64,000 nucleotides of DNA from Escherichia coli (GTDB lineage Bacteria > Pseudomonadota > Gammaproteobacteria > Enterobacterales > Enterobacteriaceae). This document shows positions 1 through 11,425 of the stretch, piece by piece. The translations under genes were made by a program, and so were the position numbers. Each line of letters starts with the position of its first letter. Within the stretch, counting starts at the first letter, position 1. The notes beneath the pieces are model-generated. The model ran no database searches. It saw only the letters and a program-made list of their open reading frames with translations, and was not told where the DNA came from. Where the stretch lies: the NCBI RefSeq assembly GCF_009931435.1, contig NZ_CP043414.1; one strand, written 5' to 3'.

Positions 1-730
1 GCGCACGCTCTGTTGATGGTGGGTGAGAGTCAAACATGGACTGGGTACGGCCGCCATCCAGGCTGGCCAATTTTTCAAAGCTGCCAACCAGCCCCTGGGT
101 GCTGATGCCACGTTTCTTCAACAGATCAAAGGAGAAATCATCTGCTTCGGACTCTTTATCGCGGGAGTATTTAGCATTGATCGCGCCTTCTGCGATATCA
201 CCTAATTGTGAGCGAGAAAGCTGGGAAGCCACACCGCTGGTAGCGGAAATCGCATCACGTGCGGCAACGATCGCATAAGAAGCTTTCATTTCAGCCAGCG
301 AGTGACCCAACGCGACGTGGCCCAGTTCATGACCCAGAACGCCTTCAATTTCGTTGTCGTTCATCATGTCCATCAGGCCACTGTAGACACGAACACAGCC
401 GTTCGCCATCGCCCATGCGTTGACGTCGCTGGTCATATAAACCTTATAGTTGACCGGCGTGCCATTAATATTGTTACCCAATGCTTTGGCGATTTTTGCC
501 AGACGTTTACCGTACTTGCTGGATTTACTTGCGACTTGATTGCCGCTGTCCATTTCGGCACAGCCCTGATTGGCAATCGCTTTTGCATCAGCATCGCTTA
601 ACGTTGCTGCTTTATAGGCATTTAAACCTGAGCTGATAGCCATATTGGTATCAATACCGTGGGTATTCTGACACCCTGTCAGTAAAGCTGCAGAGGCCGC
701 AATCGCCAGCAGTAATTTAGTATTCTTCAT
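1..730 (-). CDS. ycaL: M48-family Zn metalloprotease lipoprotein YcaL, partial (N-terminal 243 codons; 3' end outside window)
   Basis: Reverse-complement translation from ATG at 728-730 gives MKNTKLLLAIAASAALLTGC... (lipobox LTGC) and an HExxH motif (GHELGH). The frame stays open to the window edge. Position next to aroA matches K-12 synteny. Confidence 0.8.
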   Translation of the reverse strand, partial: MKNTKLLLAIAASAALLTGCQNTHGIDTNMAISSGLNAYKAATLSDADAKAIANQGCAEMDSGNQVASKSSKYGKRLAKIAKALGNNINGTPVNYKVYMTSDVNAWAMANGCVRVYSGLMDMMNDNEIEGVLGHELGHVALGHSLAEMKASYAIVAARDAISATSGVASQLSRSQLGDIAEGAINAKYSRDKESEADDFSFDLLKKRGISTQGLVGSFEKLASLDGGRTQSMFDSHPPSTERA

Positions 731-823
731 GTGAATCATCCGTTGATTAATCATATATAAATATTATGTATCAATAACTTACATCGACAAACGACGCTAC
801 CATTAATCAAAATGACTCACAAG

Positions 824-858
824 GTCCGAAAAAAAACGCCGGCAATGTGCCGACGTTT
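824..858 (-). terminator. Putative intrinsic terminator downstream of aroA
   Basis: Imperfect GC hairpin (gccggca...tgccgac) followed on the minus strand by a U-run (plus-strand ccgaaaaaaaac). Confidence 0.4.
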
Positions 859-898
859 TGATAAAGAAAGATTTGGCTATTTATTGCACGTTGTTCAT

Positions 899-2182
899 TC
901 AGGCTGCCTGGCTAATCCGCGCCAGCTGCTCGAAATAATCCGGAAATGTTTTGGCCGTGCATTTGGGATCAAGAATCGTCACTGGTGTATCTGACAACGC
1001 CACCAGCGAGAAACACATCGCCATCCGGTGATCATTGTATGTTGCGATCTCGGCAAAGTTCAGTTTTTCCGGTGGAGTGATACGAATGTAATCGTGCCCC
1101 TCTTCTACTTCCGCACCAACTTTACGCAGTTCTGTTGCCATCGCAAACAGGCGATCGGTCTCTTTAACACGCCAGTTATAGATATTGCGCAGCGTGGTGG
1201 TGCCTTTTGCAAATAACGCCGACGTGGCAATGGTCATCGCCGCATCAGGAATATGGTTCATATCCATATCAATAGCGTTCAGTTCACCCCGCGTGCAGGA
1301 AATATAATCATCGCCCCAGCAAATGGTCGCGCCCATTTTTTCCAGCACATCAGCAAAGCGAATATCACCCTGCATACTGTTGCGTCCAATGCCGGTCACT
1401 TTTACAGTGCCGCCTTTGATTGCTGCTGCTGCCAGGAAGTAAGAAGCCGAAGATGCATCGCCTTCGACCAAATAAGTACCCGGAGACTGATAAGACTGCC
1501 CGCCTTTTACGACAAATTGTTGATAGTGCTGATTTTCAATTTCAACACCAAACGTCTTCATCAGATTGAGTGTGATGTCAATGTAAGGTTTAGAAACCAG
1601 ATCACCTTTAATACGAATCACCGTATCTTCCGGCGCAAGAGGCGCAGTCATTAACAGTGCGGTGAGAAACTGACTGGAAACGGAGCCATCAACGTCAACG
1701 TTGCCGCCAGTAAAGCCGCCCTGTAAACGCAATGGTGGATAATTTTCTTGTTCCAGGTAAGTGATCTTCGCCCCGCCCAGGCGCAGCGCATCCACCAGAT
1801 GACCAATGGGGCGTTCTTTCATACGCGGTTCACCGGTCAGCACAATATCATTGCTACCCAGACAAAGAGCTGCCGCCAGCGGACGCATTGCCGTTCCGGC
1901 GTTACCGAGGAACAACTCCAGGGCACTTTTTGCGTGTAATGGACCGCCGTTACCGATGATTTCGCAACGCGTACGATCGGCTGAAAGCGTATAGCTTACC
2001 CCTAACGCTGTTAATGCTTTCAGCATATGGCGCACGTCATCGCTATCCAGCAGATTGGTTAATACTGTTTTGCCGTGTGCTAATGCCGCCAGCAATAAAG
2101 CGCGGTTAGAAACGCTCTTGGAACCGGGCAGATTAATGGTGCCATCGACACGAGCGATGGGTTGTAACGTCAGGGATTCCAT
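899..2182 (-). CDS. aroA: 3-phosphoshikimate 1-carboxyvinyltransferase (EPSP synthase)
   Basis: 427-aa [38 protein letters not shown]... recognised as AroA; sits downstream of serC as in the serC-aroA operon. Confidence 0.97.
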   Translation of the reverse strand: MESLTLQPIARVDGTINLPGSKSVSNRALLLAALAHGKTVLTNLLDSDDVRHMLKALTALGVSYTLSADRTRCEIIGNGGPLHAKSALELFLGNAGTAMRPLAAALCLGSNDIVLTGEPRMKERPIGHLVDALRLGGAKITYLEQENYPPLRLQGGFTGGNVDVDGSVSSQFLTALLMTAPLAPEDTVIRIKGDLVSKPYIDITLNLMKTFGVEIENQHYQQFVVKGGQSYQSPGTYLVEGDASSASYFLAAAAIKGGTVKVTGIGRNSMQGDIRFADVLEKMGATICWGDDYISCTRGELNAIDMDMNHIPDAAMTIATSALFAKGTTTLRNIYNWRVKETDRLFAMATELRKVGAEVEEGHDYIRITPPEKLNFAEIATYNDHRMAMCFSLVALSDTPVTILDPKCTAKTFPDYFEQLARISQAA

Positions 2183-2203
2183 GAACTCAACTCTCTACAA
2201 CAG

Positions 2204-2233
2204 AAATAAAAACCCCACAGGCTGGCTGTGGGG
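2204..2233 (-). terminator. Hairpin plus U-run in the serC-aroA intergenic region (attenuator or partial terminator)
   Basis: Inverted repeat ccccacaggctggctgtgggg with an adjacent A/T run. A structure between serC and aroA is consistent with known readthrough regulation of this operon. Confidence 0.4.
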
Positions 2234-2252
2234 ATTAAGCAAAATTTCGGCA

Positions 2253-3341
2253 TTAGCCGTGACGGCGTTCGAACTCAATCATGAAGTCTGTCAGCGCTTT
2301 AACGCCTTCCAGAGGCATTGCGTTATAAATTGACGCACGCATACCGCCGACCACACGATGCCCTTTCAGGGCATGCAGCCCCGCAGCAAAAGACTCTTCA
2401 AGGAACAATTTGTCAAGCGCACTGTCCGCCAACTGGAACGGCACGTTCATCCGCGAACGGTTAGCTTTCGCCACGTCATTGCGGTAGAAATCGCTGTTAT
2501 CAATCACCCCATACAGCAGTTCTGCTTTTTGCTGATTGATTTTATCCATTGCAGCTACACCGCCGTTCGCTTTCAGCCATTTAAAGACCAGACCAGACAG
2601 ATACCAGGCAAATGTCGGCGGCGTGTTAAACATTGAGTCGTTATCGTTAAGGATGGAATAATCCAGAATCGACGGACAAGCGATATTCGCTTTACCCAGT
2701 AAGTCTTCACGAACGATGACGATTGTCAGGCCCGCCGGGCCGATATTTTTCTGTGCGCCAGCATAAATCACACCGTAACGACTGACGTCAATTGGACGGG
2801 AAAGAATCGTTGAAGAGAAGTCGGCTGCAACCACCACTTCTTTACCAAAGTCTGGCGTTTCGTCGATGGCGATACCATCGATGGTCTCATTTGGGCAGTA
2901 ATGCATATAAGCGGCATTATCAGAGAGCTGCCATTCACGCATTGGCTTAACCGCACGAAGACCATCAACAGTCACTTTGGCGTCAAAGACATTTGGCTTG
3001 CAGTATTTTTTCGCTTCTTTAATGGCACTTGCCGCCCAGTAACCGGCATCAACATAATCTGCAGTGGTTTTATCACCAAGAATATTCAGCGGAACAGCAG
3101 CAAACTGACCGCGACCACCGCCGTGGCAGAACAATACTTTATAGTTGGAGGGGATATTAAGAAGATCGCGAAAATCCTTCTCGGCTTCCTCTGCAACCTG
3201 AATGAACTCTTTACCACGGTGGCTCACTTCCATCACCGACGTACCAAGACCGTTCCAGTCGCGCAGTTCCTGTTGAGCCTGTTTAAGCACCTCTGCCGGT
3301 AGCATTGCCGGACCAGAACTAAAATTGAAGATTTGAGCCAT
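2253..3341 (-). CDS. serC: Phosphoserine aminotransferase
   Basis: 362-aa [49 protein letters not shown]... recognised as SerC. Confidence 0.97.
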   Translation of the reverse strand: MAQIFNFSSGPAMLPAEVLKQAQQELRDWNGLGTSVMEVSHRGKEFIQVAEEAEKDFRDLLNIPSNYKVLFCHGGGRGQFAAVPLNILGDKTTADYVDAGYWAASAIKEAKKYCKPNVFDAKVTVDGLRAVKPMREWQLSDNAAYMHYCPNETIDGIAIDETPDFGKEVVVAADFSSTILSRPIDVSRYGVIYAGAQKNIGPAGLTIVIVREDLLGKANIACPSILDYSILNDNDSMFNTPPTFAWYLSGLVFKWLKANGGVAAMDKINQQKAELLYGVIDNSDFYRNDVAKANRSRMNVPFQLADSALDKLFLEESFAAGLHALKGHRVVGGMRASIYNAMPLEGVKALTDFMIEFERRHG

Positions 3342-3539
3342 TTCCCCTCACCACGTTGCGTTGCCATTAACCCACGGACAATCGATTGCGACCGCGGGTA
3401 ATACATTATTCCTGTGGCTATCGGTTTTATCATTCAGTGGCGCGCATCGCAATGGGTAAAACAGTCGAGGGCAAAAATGCGGCACGCGTCACACAATAGA
3501 ATCTCTCGGATTATTGTCCAAAAACCGATTTTTTTGCTG

Positions 3540-4232
3540 TCAGGTCACCCGTTTAGCCCGACTTGCCTTCGTCCATTCTGGATTTGCACAGCGCGGACAT
3601 AATTGTTTTTCCCCTGCGTTCATATGAATGATCTCACTGCAACGGATGCAAGCATAGTCCGCCGACTCAGGCACCACTTTGTAACGCTGAGTACAGTCAC
3701 TGGGTAAAATAAGTAATCCCGGTTTCACCTTGTCATCTTCAAAGAAATAGACACTGATTTGCCCGTTGGTTTCGAGAATCGCCAGACGTACCTGCCCCAA
3801 CTGCTCCACTCCACGCAGTCGCAGCTCCATAAAGAACTCAAATTCCGTCATGTTGGAGTTATTAAGTTTCGACCAGGCCAGCTCACCATCCTCAATAATG
3901 ACAACCGGCTTGCCTTCCAGAAGATCCTCCAGTTTTTCACTGTGCGCCATCAACCACATTACCAGACGGTATAACAACGCCAGAGTAATAAAGACGATAA
4001 GCACCGGAACCATCGGCACATCATCATAAAACGCCACATCCCCCGCCGCTGACCCCAGCGTCAGAATGATTAACACTTCAAACAGCGACATCTGCCGCAC
4101 ACCGCGTCTGCCGGTCATTTTGAGGAATAAAAAGACCAGTACAAAGGTATAAAGACTACGTAGTGCAACTTCGCCAAGGAAATCAAAAGGCACTTTATCA
4201 AATGCCATACGGTGGAGATCGAATGCCTTCAT
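3540..4232 (-). CDS. ycaP: Inner-membrane protein YcaP (DUF421 family)
   Basis: 230-aa ORF with hydrophobic segments; matches K-12 YcaP length and position upstream of serC. Confidence 0.85.
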   Translation of the reverse strand: MKAFDLHRMAFDKVPFDFLGEVALRSLYTFVLVFLFLKMTGRRGVRQMSLFEVLIILTLGSAAGDVAFYDDVPMVPVLIVFITLALLYRLVMWLMAHSEKLEDLLEGKPVVIIEDGELAWSKLNNSNMTEFEFFMELRLRGVEQLGQVRLAILETNGQISVYFFEDDKVKPGLLILPSDCTQRYKVVPESADYACIRCSEIIHMNAGEKQLCPRCANPEWTKASRAKRVT

Positions 4233-4361
4233 TTTTATGCTCTTATCGTGGTTTATCCGCTAAAAGCATAGTCAACAGTTCATCTGCCTGGCGGCGGTGA
4301 TAGCGCCTTTGAGATAAAACCCGTATTATTGCGCGCTTTCCGTACGACTAAAGTGATTTTC

Positions 4362-6122
4362 ATGACGCAAACATTTATCCCCGGCAAAGATGCCGCTCTG
4401 GAAGATTCCATCGCTCGCTTCCAACAAAAACTTTCAGACCTCGGTTTTCAGATTGAAGAGGCCTCCTGGCTGAATCCCGTGCCTAACGTCTGGTCTGTGC
4501 ATATTCGCGACAAAGAGTGCGCACTGTGTTTTACCAACGGTAAAGGCGCAACCAAAAAAGCGGCGCTGGCTTCTGCACTCGGTGAATATTTCGAGCGTCT
4601 GTCTACCAACTACTTTTTTGCTGACTTCTGGCTGGGCGAAACCATCGCCAACGGTCCATTCGTGCATTATCCCAACGAAAAATGGTTCCCACTGACCGAA
4701 AACGACGATGTACCAGAAGGGCTGCTCGATGACCGTCTGCGCGCATTTTACGATCCGGAGAATGAACTGACCGGCAGCATGCTGATTGACCTACAATCTG
4801 GTAACGAAGATCGTGGTATTTGCGGTCTGCCGTTTACGCGCCAGTCCGACAATCAGATCGTTTATATTCCGATGAATATCATTGGTAACCTGTACGTTTC
4901 TAACGGTATGTCCGCTGGCAATACCCGCAACGAAGCGCGCGTTCAGGGATTATCTGAAGTTTTCGAACGCTACGTGAAAAACCGCATTATTGCTGAAAGC
5001 ATCAGCCTGCCAGAGATCCCGACAGACGTGCTGGCGCGTTATCCAGCGGTGGTTGAAGCGATCGAAACACTGGAAGCGGAAGGTTTCCCGATCTTCGCTT
5101 ATGATGCCTCGCTTGGCGGTCAATATCCGGTGATCTGCGTGGTACTGTTCAATCCAGCTAACGGTACCTGCTTTGCATCCTTCGGTGCACATCCTGATTT
5201 TGGCGTTGCACTGGAACGTACCGTGACCGAGTTGCTGCAAGGCCGCGGTCTGAAAGATTTGGATGTGTTTACTCCGCCAACCTTCGATGATGAAGAAGTC
5301 GCTGAACATACTAACCTCGAAACGCACTTTATCGATTCCAGCGGTTTAATCTCCTGGGACCTATTCAAGCAGGATGCTGATTATCCGTTTGTGGACTGGA
5401 GCTTCTCAGGCACCACGGAAGAAGAGTTTGCTACGCTGATGGCTATCTTCAACAAAGAAGATAAAGAAGTTTATATTGCCGATTACGAGCATCTGGGCGT
5501 TTATGCTTGCCGCATTATCGTGCCTGGCATGTCCGATATTTATCCGGCAGAAGATCTGTGGCTGGCGAATAACAGCATGGGCAGCCATTTACGTGAAACG
5601 ATTCTTTCACTCCCAGGCAGCGAGTGGGAAAAAGAAGATTACCTGAACCTCATCGAGCAACTGGATGAAGAAGGTTTTGATGACTTTACCCGCGTGCGTG
5701 AGCTATTGGGTCTGGCAACCGGGCCGGATAACGGCTGGTACACTCTGCGTATCGGTGAATTAAAGGCTATGTTGGCGCTGGCTGGTGGCGATCTGGAACA
5801 GGCTCTGGTCTGGACTGAATGGACGATGGAATTTAACTCATCAGTGTTCAGTCCGGAACGCGCCAACTATTATCGCTGTCTGCAAACGTTGTTATTACTG
5901 GCACAGGAAGAAGACCGCCAACCACTGCAATATCTGAATGCCTTCGTTCGTATGTATGGCGCAGATGCCGTAGAAGCCGCCAGTGCGGCAATGAGCGGTG
6001 AATCGGCGTTTTATGGCTTGCAACCCGTAGATAGCGATCTGCACGCGTTTGCTGCACATCAGTCGTTGTTGAAGGCCTACGAAAAGCTGCAGCGCGCCAA
6101 AGCAGCATTCTGGGCAAAATAA
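4362..6122 (+). CDS. ycaO: YcaO-domain protein (ribosomal protein S12 methylthiolation accessory factor)
   Basis: ORF track begins at an upstream alternative start (4329). ATG at 4362 (MTQTFIPGKDAALED...) gives the expected 586 aa. Confidence 0.9.
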   Translation: MTQTFIPGKDAALEDSIARFQQKLSDLGFQIEEASWLNPVPNVWSVHIRDKECALCFTNGKGATKKAALASALGEYFERLSTNYFFADFWLGETIANGPFVHYPNEKWFPLTENDDVPEGLLDDRLRAFYDPENELTGSMLIDLQSGNEDRGICGLPFTRQSDNQIVYIPMNIIGNLYVSNGMSAGNTRNEARVQGLSEVFERYVKNRIIAESISLPEIPTDVLARYPAVVEAIETLEAEGFPIFAYDASLGGQYPVICVVLFNPANGTCFASFGAHPDFGVALERTVTELLQGRGLKDLDVFTPPTFDDEEVAEHTNLETHFIDSSGLISWDLFKQDADYPFVDWSFSGTTEEEFATLMAIFNKEDKEVYIADYEHLGVYACRIIVPGMSDIYPAEDLWLANNSMGSHLRETILSLPGSEWEKEDYLNLIEQLDEEGFDDFTRVRELLGLATGPDNGWYTLRIGELKAMLALAGGDLEQALVWTEWTMEFNSSVFSPERANYYRCLQTLLLLAQEEDRQPLQYLNAFVRMYGADAVEAASAAMSGESAFYGLQPVDSDLHAFAAHQSLLKAYEKLQRAKAAFWAK

Positions 6123-6127
6123 AATCA

Positions 6128-6200
6128 AATAGCCTACGCAATGTAGGCTTAATGATTCGTCTGAGTTATATTACGGGGCGTTTTTTTAATGCCCCGCTTT
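6128..6200. other. Two inverted repeats downstream of ycaO (agcctacgcaatgtaggct; cggggcg-T7-aatgccccg); possible terminator or structured element
   Basis: Palindromes read directly from the sequence; no clean downstream U-run, so the terminator call is weak. Confidence 0.3.
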
Positions 6201-6453
6201 ACATATATTTGCATTAATAAAATAATTGTAATTATAAAGTTAAATATCGATAATTTGTATTTAATAAATACGATCGATATTGTTACTTTATTCGCTTGGT
6301 GCTCCCTTTTAATTAACTGTTTTAGCGGAGGATGCGGAAAAAATTCAACTCATTTGTTAATTTTTAAAATTTATTTTTATTTGGATAATCAAATATTTAC
6401 TCCGTATTTGCATAAAAACCATGCGAGTTACGGGCCTATAAGCCAGGCGAGAT

Positions 6454-6467
6454 ATGATCTATATCAA
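6454..6467 (+). promoter_or_regulatory. FNR-like binding site (ATGATctatATCAA) in the focA-pflB anaerobic promoter region
   Basis: 13 of 14 match to TTGAT-N4-ATCAA, about 60-70 bp upstream of the focA GTG start, with -10-like hexamers (tataat 6477-6482; tagtat 6490-6495) downstream. focA-pflB is a known FNR/ArcA-regulated operon. Confidence 0.45.
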
Positions 6468-6527
6468 TTTCTCATCTATAATGCTTTGTTAGTATCTCGT
6501 CGCCGACTTAATAAAGAGAGAGTTAGT

Positions 6528-7385
6528 GTGAAAGCTGACAACCCTTTTGATCTTTTACTTCCTGCAGCAATGGCCAAAGTGGCCGAAGAGGCAGGTGTCT
6601 ATAAAGCAACGAAACATCCGCTTAAGACTTTCTATCTGGCGATTACCGCCGGTGTTTTCATCTCAATCGCATTCGTCTTCTATATCACAGCAACCACTGG
6701 CACAGGAACAATGCCCTTCGGCATGGCAAAACTGGTTGGCGGCATTTGCTTCTCTCTGGGGCTGATTCTTTGTGTTGTCTGCGGAGCCGATCTCTTTACT
6801 TCCACAGTGTTGATTGTTGTTGCTAAGGCGAGTGGGCGCATCACCTGGGGTCAGTTGGCGAAAAACTGGCTAAATGTCTATTTTGGCAACCTGGTCGGCG
6901 CACTGCTGTTTGTACTTTTAATGTGGCTTTCCGGCGAGTATATGACCGCGAATGGTCAATGGGGACTAAACGTCCTACAAACCGCCGACCACAAAGTGCA
7001 CCATACTTTTATTGAGGCCGTCTGCCTTGGTATCCTGGCAAACCTGATGGTATGTCTGGCAGTATGGATGAGTTATTCTGGCCGCAGCCTGATGGATAAA
7101 GCGTTCATTATGGTGCTGCCGGTCGCGATGTTTGTTGCCAGCGGTTTTGAGCACAGTATCGCAAACATGTTTATGATCCCGATGGGTATTGTAATCCGCG
7201 ACTTCGCATCTCCGGAATTCTGGACCGCTGTCGGTTCTGCACCGGAAAATTTTTCTCACCTGACCGTGATGAACTTCATCACTGATAACCTGATTCCGGT
7301 TACGATCGGTAATATTATCGGCGGTGGTTTGTTGGTTGGGTTGACATACTGGGTCATTTACCTGCGTGAAAACGATCACCATTAA
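6528..7385 (+). CDS. focA: Formate channel FocA (formate/nitrite transporter family)
   Basis: GTG start at 6528 (VKADNPFDLLLPAAMAKVAEEAG...) gives 285 aa. The 398-aa ORF in the track is an artefactual upstream extension through AT-rich leader. Confidence 0.93.
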   Translation: MKADNPFDLLLPAAMAKVAEEAGVYKATKHPLKTFYLAITAGVFISIAFVFYITATTGTGTMPFGMAKLVGGICFSLGLILCVVCGADLFTSTVLIVVAKASGRITWGQLAKNWLNVYFGNLVGALLFVLLMWLSGEYMTANGQWGLNVLQTADHKVHHTFIEAVCLGILANLMVCLAVWMSYSGRSLMDKAFIMVLPVAMFVASGFEHSIANMFMIPMGIVIRDFASPEFWTAVGSAPENFSHLTVMNFITDNLIPVTIGNIIGGGLLVGLTYWVIYLRENDHH

Positions 7386-7439
7386 TGGTTGTCGAAGTAC
7401 GCAGTAAATAAAAAATCCACTTAAGAAGGTAGGTGTTAC

Positions 7440-9722
7440 ATGTCCGAGCTTAATGAAAAGTTAGCCACAGCCTGGGAAGGTTTTACCAAAGGTGACTGGC
7501 AGAATGAAGTAAACGTCCGTGACTTCATTCAGAAAAACTACACTCCGTACGAGGGTGACGAGTCCTTCCTGGCTGGCGCTACTGAAGCGACCACCACCCT
7601 GTGGGACAAAGTAATGGAAGGCGTTAAACTGGAAAACCGCACTCACGCGCCAGTTGACTTTGACACCGCTGTTGCTTCCACCATCACCTCTCACGACGCT
7701 GGCTACATCAACAAAGCGTTGGAAAAAGTTGTTGGTCTGCAGACTGAAGCTCCGCTGAAACGTGCTCTTATCCCGTTCGGTGGTATCAAAATGATCGAAG
7801 GTTCCTGCAAAGCGTACAACCGCGAACTGGACCCGATGATCAAAAAAATCTTCACTGAATACCGTAAAACTCACAACCAGGGCGTGTTCGACGTTTACAC
7901 TCCGGACATCCTGCGTTGCCGTAAATCCGGTGTTCTGACCGGTCTGCCAGATGCTTATGGCCGTGGTCGTATCATCGGTGACTACCGTCGCGTTGCGCTG
8001 TACGGTATCGACTACCTGATGAAAGACAAATACGCTCAGTTCACCTCTCTGCAGGCTGATCTGGAAAACGGCGTAAACCTGGAACAGACTATCCGTCTGC
8101 GCGAAGAAATCGCTGAACAGCACCGCGCTCTGGGTCAGATGAAAGAAATGGCTGCGAAATACGGCTACGACATCTCTGGTCCGGCTACCAACGCTCAGGA
8201 AGCTATCCAGTGGACTTACTTCGGCTACCTGGCTGCTGTTAAGTCTCAGAACGGTGCTGCAATGTCCTTCGGTCGTACCTCCACCTTCCTGGATGTGTAC
8301 ATCGAACGTGACCTGAAAGCTGGCAAGATCACCGAACAAGAAGCGCAGGAAATGGTTGACCACCTGGTCATGAAACTGCGTATGGTTCGCTTCCTGCGTA
8401 CTCCGGAATACGATGAACTGTTCTCTGGCGACCCGATCTGGGCAACCGAATCTATCGGTGGTATGGGCCTCGACGGTCGTACCCTGGTTACCAAAAACAG
8501 CTTCCGTTTCCTGAACACCCTGTACACCATGGGTCCGTCTCCGGAACCGAACATGACCATTCTGTGGTCTGAAAAACTGCCGCTGAACTTCAAGAAATTC
8601 GCCGCTAAAGTGTCCATTGACACCTCTTCTCTGCAGTATGAGAACGATGACCTGATGCGTCCGGACTTCAACAACGATGACTACGCTATCGCTTGCTGCG
8701 TAAGCCCGATGATCGTTGGTAAACAAATGCAGTTCTTCGGTGCGCGTGCAAACCTGGCGAAAACCATGCTGTACGCAATCAACGGCGGCGTTGACGAAAA
8801 ACTGAAAATGCAGGTTGGTCCGAAATCTGAACCGATCAAAGGCGACGTCCTGAACTACGATGAAGTGATGGAGCGCATGGATCACTTCATGGACTGGCTG
8901 GCTAAACAGTACATCACCGCACTGAACATCATCCACTACATGCACGACAAGTACAGCTACGAAGCCTCTCTGATGGCGCTGCACGACCGTGACGTTATCC
9001 GCACCATGGCATGTGGTATTGCTGGTCTGTCCGTTGCTGCTGACTCCCTGTCTGCAATCAAATATGCGAAAGTTAAACCGATTCGTGACGAAGACGGTCT
9101 GGCTATCGACTTCGAAATCGAAGGCGAATACCCGCAGTTTGGTAACAACGACCCGCGTGTAGATGACCTGGCGGTTGACCTGGTAGAACGTTTCATGAAG
9201 AAAATTCAGAAACTGCACACCTACCGTGACGCAATCCCGACTCAGTCTGTTCTGACCATCACTTCTAACGTTGTGTATGGTAAGAAAACTGGTAACACCC
9301 CAGACGGTCGTCGTGCTGGCGCGCCGTTCGGACCGGGTGCTAACCCGATGCACGGTCGTGACCAGAAAGGTGCTGTAGCATCTCTGACTTCCGTTGCTAA
9401 ACTGCCGTTTGCTTACGCTAAAGATGGTATCTCCTACACCTTCTCTATCGTTCCGAACGCACTGGGTAAAGACGACGAAGTTCGTAAGACCAACCTGGCT
9501 GGTCTGATGGATGGTTACTTCCACCACGAAGCATCCATCGAAGGTGGTCAGCACCTGAACGTTAACGTGATGAACCGTGAAATGCTGCTCGACGCGATGG
9601 AAAACCCGGAAAAATATCCGCAGCTGACCATCCGTGTATCTGGCTACGCAGTACGTTTCAACTCGCTGACTAAAGAACAGCAGCAGGACGTTATTACTCG
9701 TACCTTCACTCAATCTATGTAA
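7440..9722 (+). CDS. pflB: Pyruvate formate-lyase (formate C-acetyltransferase 1), glycyl-radical enzyme
   Basis: 760-aa [46 protein letters not shown]... with the C-terminal glycyl-radical region (RVSGYAVRF). Confidence 0.98.
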   Translation: MSELNEKLATAWEGFTKGDWQNEVNVRDFIQKNYTPYEGDESFLAGATEATTTLWDKVMEGVKLENRTHAPVDFDTAVASTITSHDAGYINKALEKVVGLQTEAPLKRALIPFGGIKMIEGSCKAYNRELDPMIKKIFTEYRKTHNQGVFDVYTPDILRCRKSGVLTGLPDAYGRGRIIGDYRRVALYGIDYLMKDKYAQFTSLQADLENGVNLEQTIRLREEIAEQHRALGQMKEMAAKYGYDISGPATNAQEAIQWTYFGYLAAVKSQNGAAMSFGRTSTFLDVYIERDLKAGKITEQEAQEMVDHLVMKLRMVRFLRTPEYDELFSGDPIWATESIGGMGLDGRTLVTKNSFRFLNTLYTMGPSPEPNMTILWSEKLPLNFKKFAAKVSIDTSSLQYENDDLMRPDFNNDDYAIACCVSPMIVGKQMQFFGARANLAKTMLYAINGGVDEKLKMQVGPKSEPIKGDVLNYDEVMERMDHFMDWLAKQYITALNIIHYMHDKYSYEASLMALHDRDVIRTMACGIAGLSVAADSLSAIKYAKVKPIRDEDGLAIDFEIEGEYPQFGNNDPRVDDLAVDLVERFMKKIQKLHTYRDAIPTQSVLTITSNVVYGKKTGNTPDGRRAGAPFGPGANPMHGRDQKGAVASLTSVAKLPFAYAKDGISYTFSIVPNALGKDDEVRKTNLAGLMDGYFHHEASIEGGQHLNVNVMNREMLLDAMENPEKYPQLTIRVSGYAVRFNSLTKEQQQDVITRTFTQSM

Positions 9723-9762
9723 TTAGTTTTGACTGAAATCGTACAGTAAAAAGCGTACAATA

Positions 9763-9791
9763 AAGGCTCCACGAAAGTGGGGCCTTTTTTA
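9763..9791 (+). terminator. Intrinsic terminator of pflB
   Basis: Hairpin ggctccac-gaaa-gtggggcc followed by TTTTTT. Confidence 0.6.
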
Positions 9792-9913
9792 GCACGAGAG
9801 CCTTTTTTGTCAGCTATCTATACTTTAAGGTGACTGCCAAAACAGACTCGACGTAGCCTTCGAGCTGCGCACCAACACGGCCTCAGATGGGCCACATCTG
9901 GAGAAACACCGCA

Positions 9914-10654
9914 ATGTCAGTTATTGGTCGCATTCACTCCTTTGAATCCTGTGGAACCGTAGACGGCCCGGGTATTCGCTTTATCACCTTTTTCCAGGGC
10001 TGCCTGATGCGCTGCCTGTATTGTCATAACCGCGACACCTGGGACACGCATGGCGGTAAAGAAGTTACCGTTGAAGATTTGATGAAGGAAGTGGTGACCT
10101 ATCGCCACTTTATGAACGCTTCCGGCGGCGGCGTTACCGCATCCGGCGGTGAAGCAATCCTGCAAGCTGAGTTTGTTCGTGACTGGTTCCGCGCCTGCAA
10201 AAAAGAAGGCATTCATACCTGTCTGGATACCAACGGTTTTGTTCGTCGTTACGATCCGGTGATTGATGAACTGCTGGAAGTAACCGACCTGGTAATGCTC
10301 GATCTCAAACAGATGAACGACGAGATCCACCAAAATCTGGTTGGAGTTTCCAACCACCGCACGCTGGAGTTTGCTAAATATCTGGCGAATAAAAATGTGA
10401 AGGTGTGGATCCGCTACGTTGTTGTCCCAGGCTGGTCTGACGATGACGATTCAGCGCATCGCCTCGGTGAATTTACCCGTGATATGGGCAACGTTGAGAA
10501 AATCGAGCTTCTCCCCTACCACGAGCTGGGCAAACACAAATGGGTGGCGATGGGTGAAGAATACAAACTTGATGGTGTTAAACCACCGAAGAAAGAGACC
10601 ATGGAACGCGTGAAAGGCATTCTTGAGCAGTACGGTCATAAGGTAATGTTCTAA
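9914..10654 (+). CDS. pflA: Pyruvate formate-lyase activating enzyme (radical SAM)
   Basis: ATG at 9914 ([39 protein letters not shown]...) gives 246 aa with the CxxxCxxC radical-SAM motif. Confidence 0.97.
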   Translation: MSVIGRIHSFESCGTVDGPGIRFITFFQGCLMRCLYCHNRDTWDTHGGKEVTVEDLMKEVVTYRHFMNASGGGVTASGGEAILQAEFVRDWFRACKKEGIHTCLDTNGFVRRYDPVIDELLEVTDLVMLDLKQMNDEIHQNLVGVSNHRTLEFAKYLANKNVKVWIRYVVVPGWSDDDDSAHRLGEFTRDMGNVEKIELLPYHELGKHKWVAMGEEYKLDGVKPPKKETMERVKGILEQYGHKVMF

Positions 10655-10663
10655 TTTCCCCGT

Positions 10664-10692
10664 AAAGCGGCAACTTTATTGAGTTGCCGCTT
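10664..10692. terminator. Bidirectional hairpin terminator between convergent pflA and ycaK
   Basis: Inverted repeat agcggcaac-tttattg-agttgccgct flanked by T-rich sequence. Confidence 0.5.
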
Positions 10693-10735
10693 TGTTATTC
10701 CGCGCTTCATTCTGCTACAGCGTTTTTAACACATC

Positions 10736-11326
10736 TTATAGTGCATCTACCATATCCCGTACCTGAGATAATAACGACTGATAATAGCTCGCGTGAAGTT
10801 CTTCTCCATCGAATACCACTGTATTACACAAGAAAGTGACATCGGCATCTTCAATACCAAGATAACTGCACATATTTATCAAATAATCGCTTATATTTTT
10901 TTCCCAGCCCATCTGGACAAATGATTCTTTGTCTCCTCCAACCAGCGCCACCCAACGAACTTTATTGAATGGTAATTTGTGCCCATCTCCATAAGCCAGC
11001 CCATTATTCCATACTCTGTCAATATATCCTTTTATCATTGCTGGGAAGTTGTACCACCAGAGAGGAAAAACCACCACTAACGTGTCATGTTCAAGCAGCT
11101 CTGAATAAAGCTGATGAACATCTGGAGAATAACGTTTATCCATATTCTTCCAGTCTGGTTCATCTTCCGGCGTCATCACCGGGTTGAAATTACGCCGATA
11201 TAAATCGAGTTCCGTCACCTGTATTTTCCGCTCCATTGCCCGCTGATGGATCGCATCAGCAATATGTGCGGTCAATGAATCATGACGAGGATGGGCCCAT
11301 ACCAAATAAATACGTTCAGACTGCAT
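10736..11326 (-). CDS. ycaK: Flavodoxin-like-fold NAD(P)H oxidoreductase family protein YcaK
   Basis: 196-aa ORF MQSERIYLVWAHPRHDSLTAHIADAIHQRAMERK...; length and position match K-12 YcaK. Confidence 0.9.
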   Translation of the reverse strand: MQSERIYLVWAHPRHDSLTAHIADAIHQRAMERKIQVTELDLYRRNFNPVMTPEDEPDWKNMDKRYSPDVHQLYSELLEHDTLVVVFPLWWYNFPAMIKGYIDRVWNNGLAYGDGHKLPFNKVRWVALVGGDKESFVQMGWEKNISDYLINMCSYLGIEDADVTFLCNTVVFDGEELHASYYQSLLSQVRDMVDAL

Positions 11327-11425
11327 AATTTTACCTCCACGTTAAGTTCTGGAGCGCACTTTACGCAGGCGGCATCATCCTGTAAACGTGATGATTCAGG
11401 ATGAGTTAATGAAGGATTTTCACTA

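Noticed and set aside
4362-6122. YcaO as the core of a RiPP/azoline biosynthetic cluster
   Set aside because: No precursor peptide or partner enzyme genes flank it; the neighbours are the housekeeping ycaP and focA-pflB genes, as in K-12.
6189-7385. 398-aa ORF in the track covering focA plus 113 upstream codons
   Set aside because: The upstream part runs through the AT-rich promoter region and encodes implausible sequence; FocA starts at the GTG at 6528 (285 aa).
7461-9713. 750-codon stop-free ORF antisense to pflB
   Set aside because: It lies exactly opposite the pflB reading frame. Highly expressed genes avoid the rare codons TTA/CTA/TCA, whose reverse complements are the stop codons, so the codon-aligned antisense frame stays open by chance. 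The translated product is low-complexity, and the real gene here (pflB) is unmistakable.
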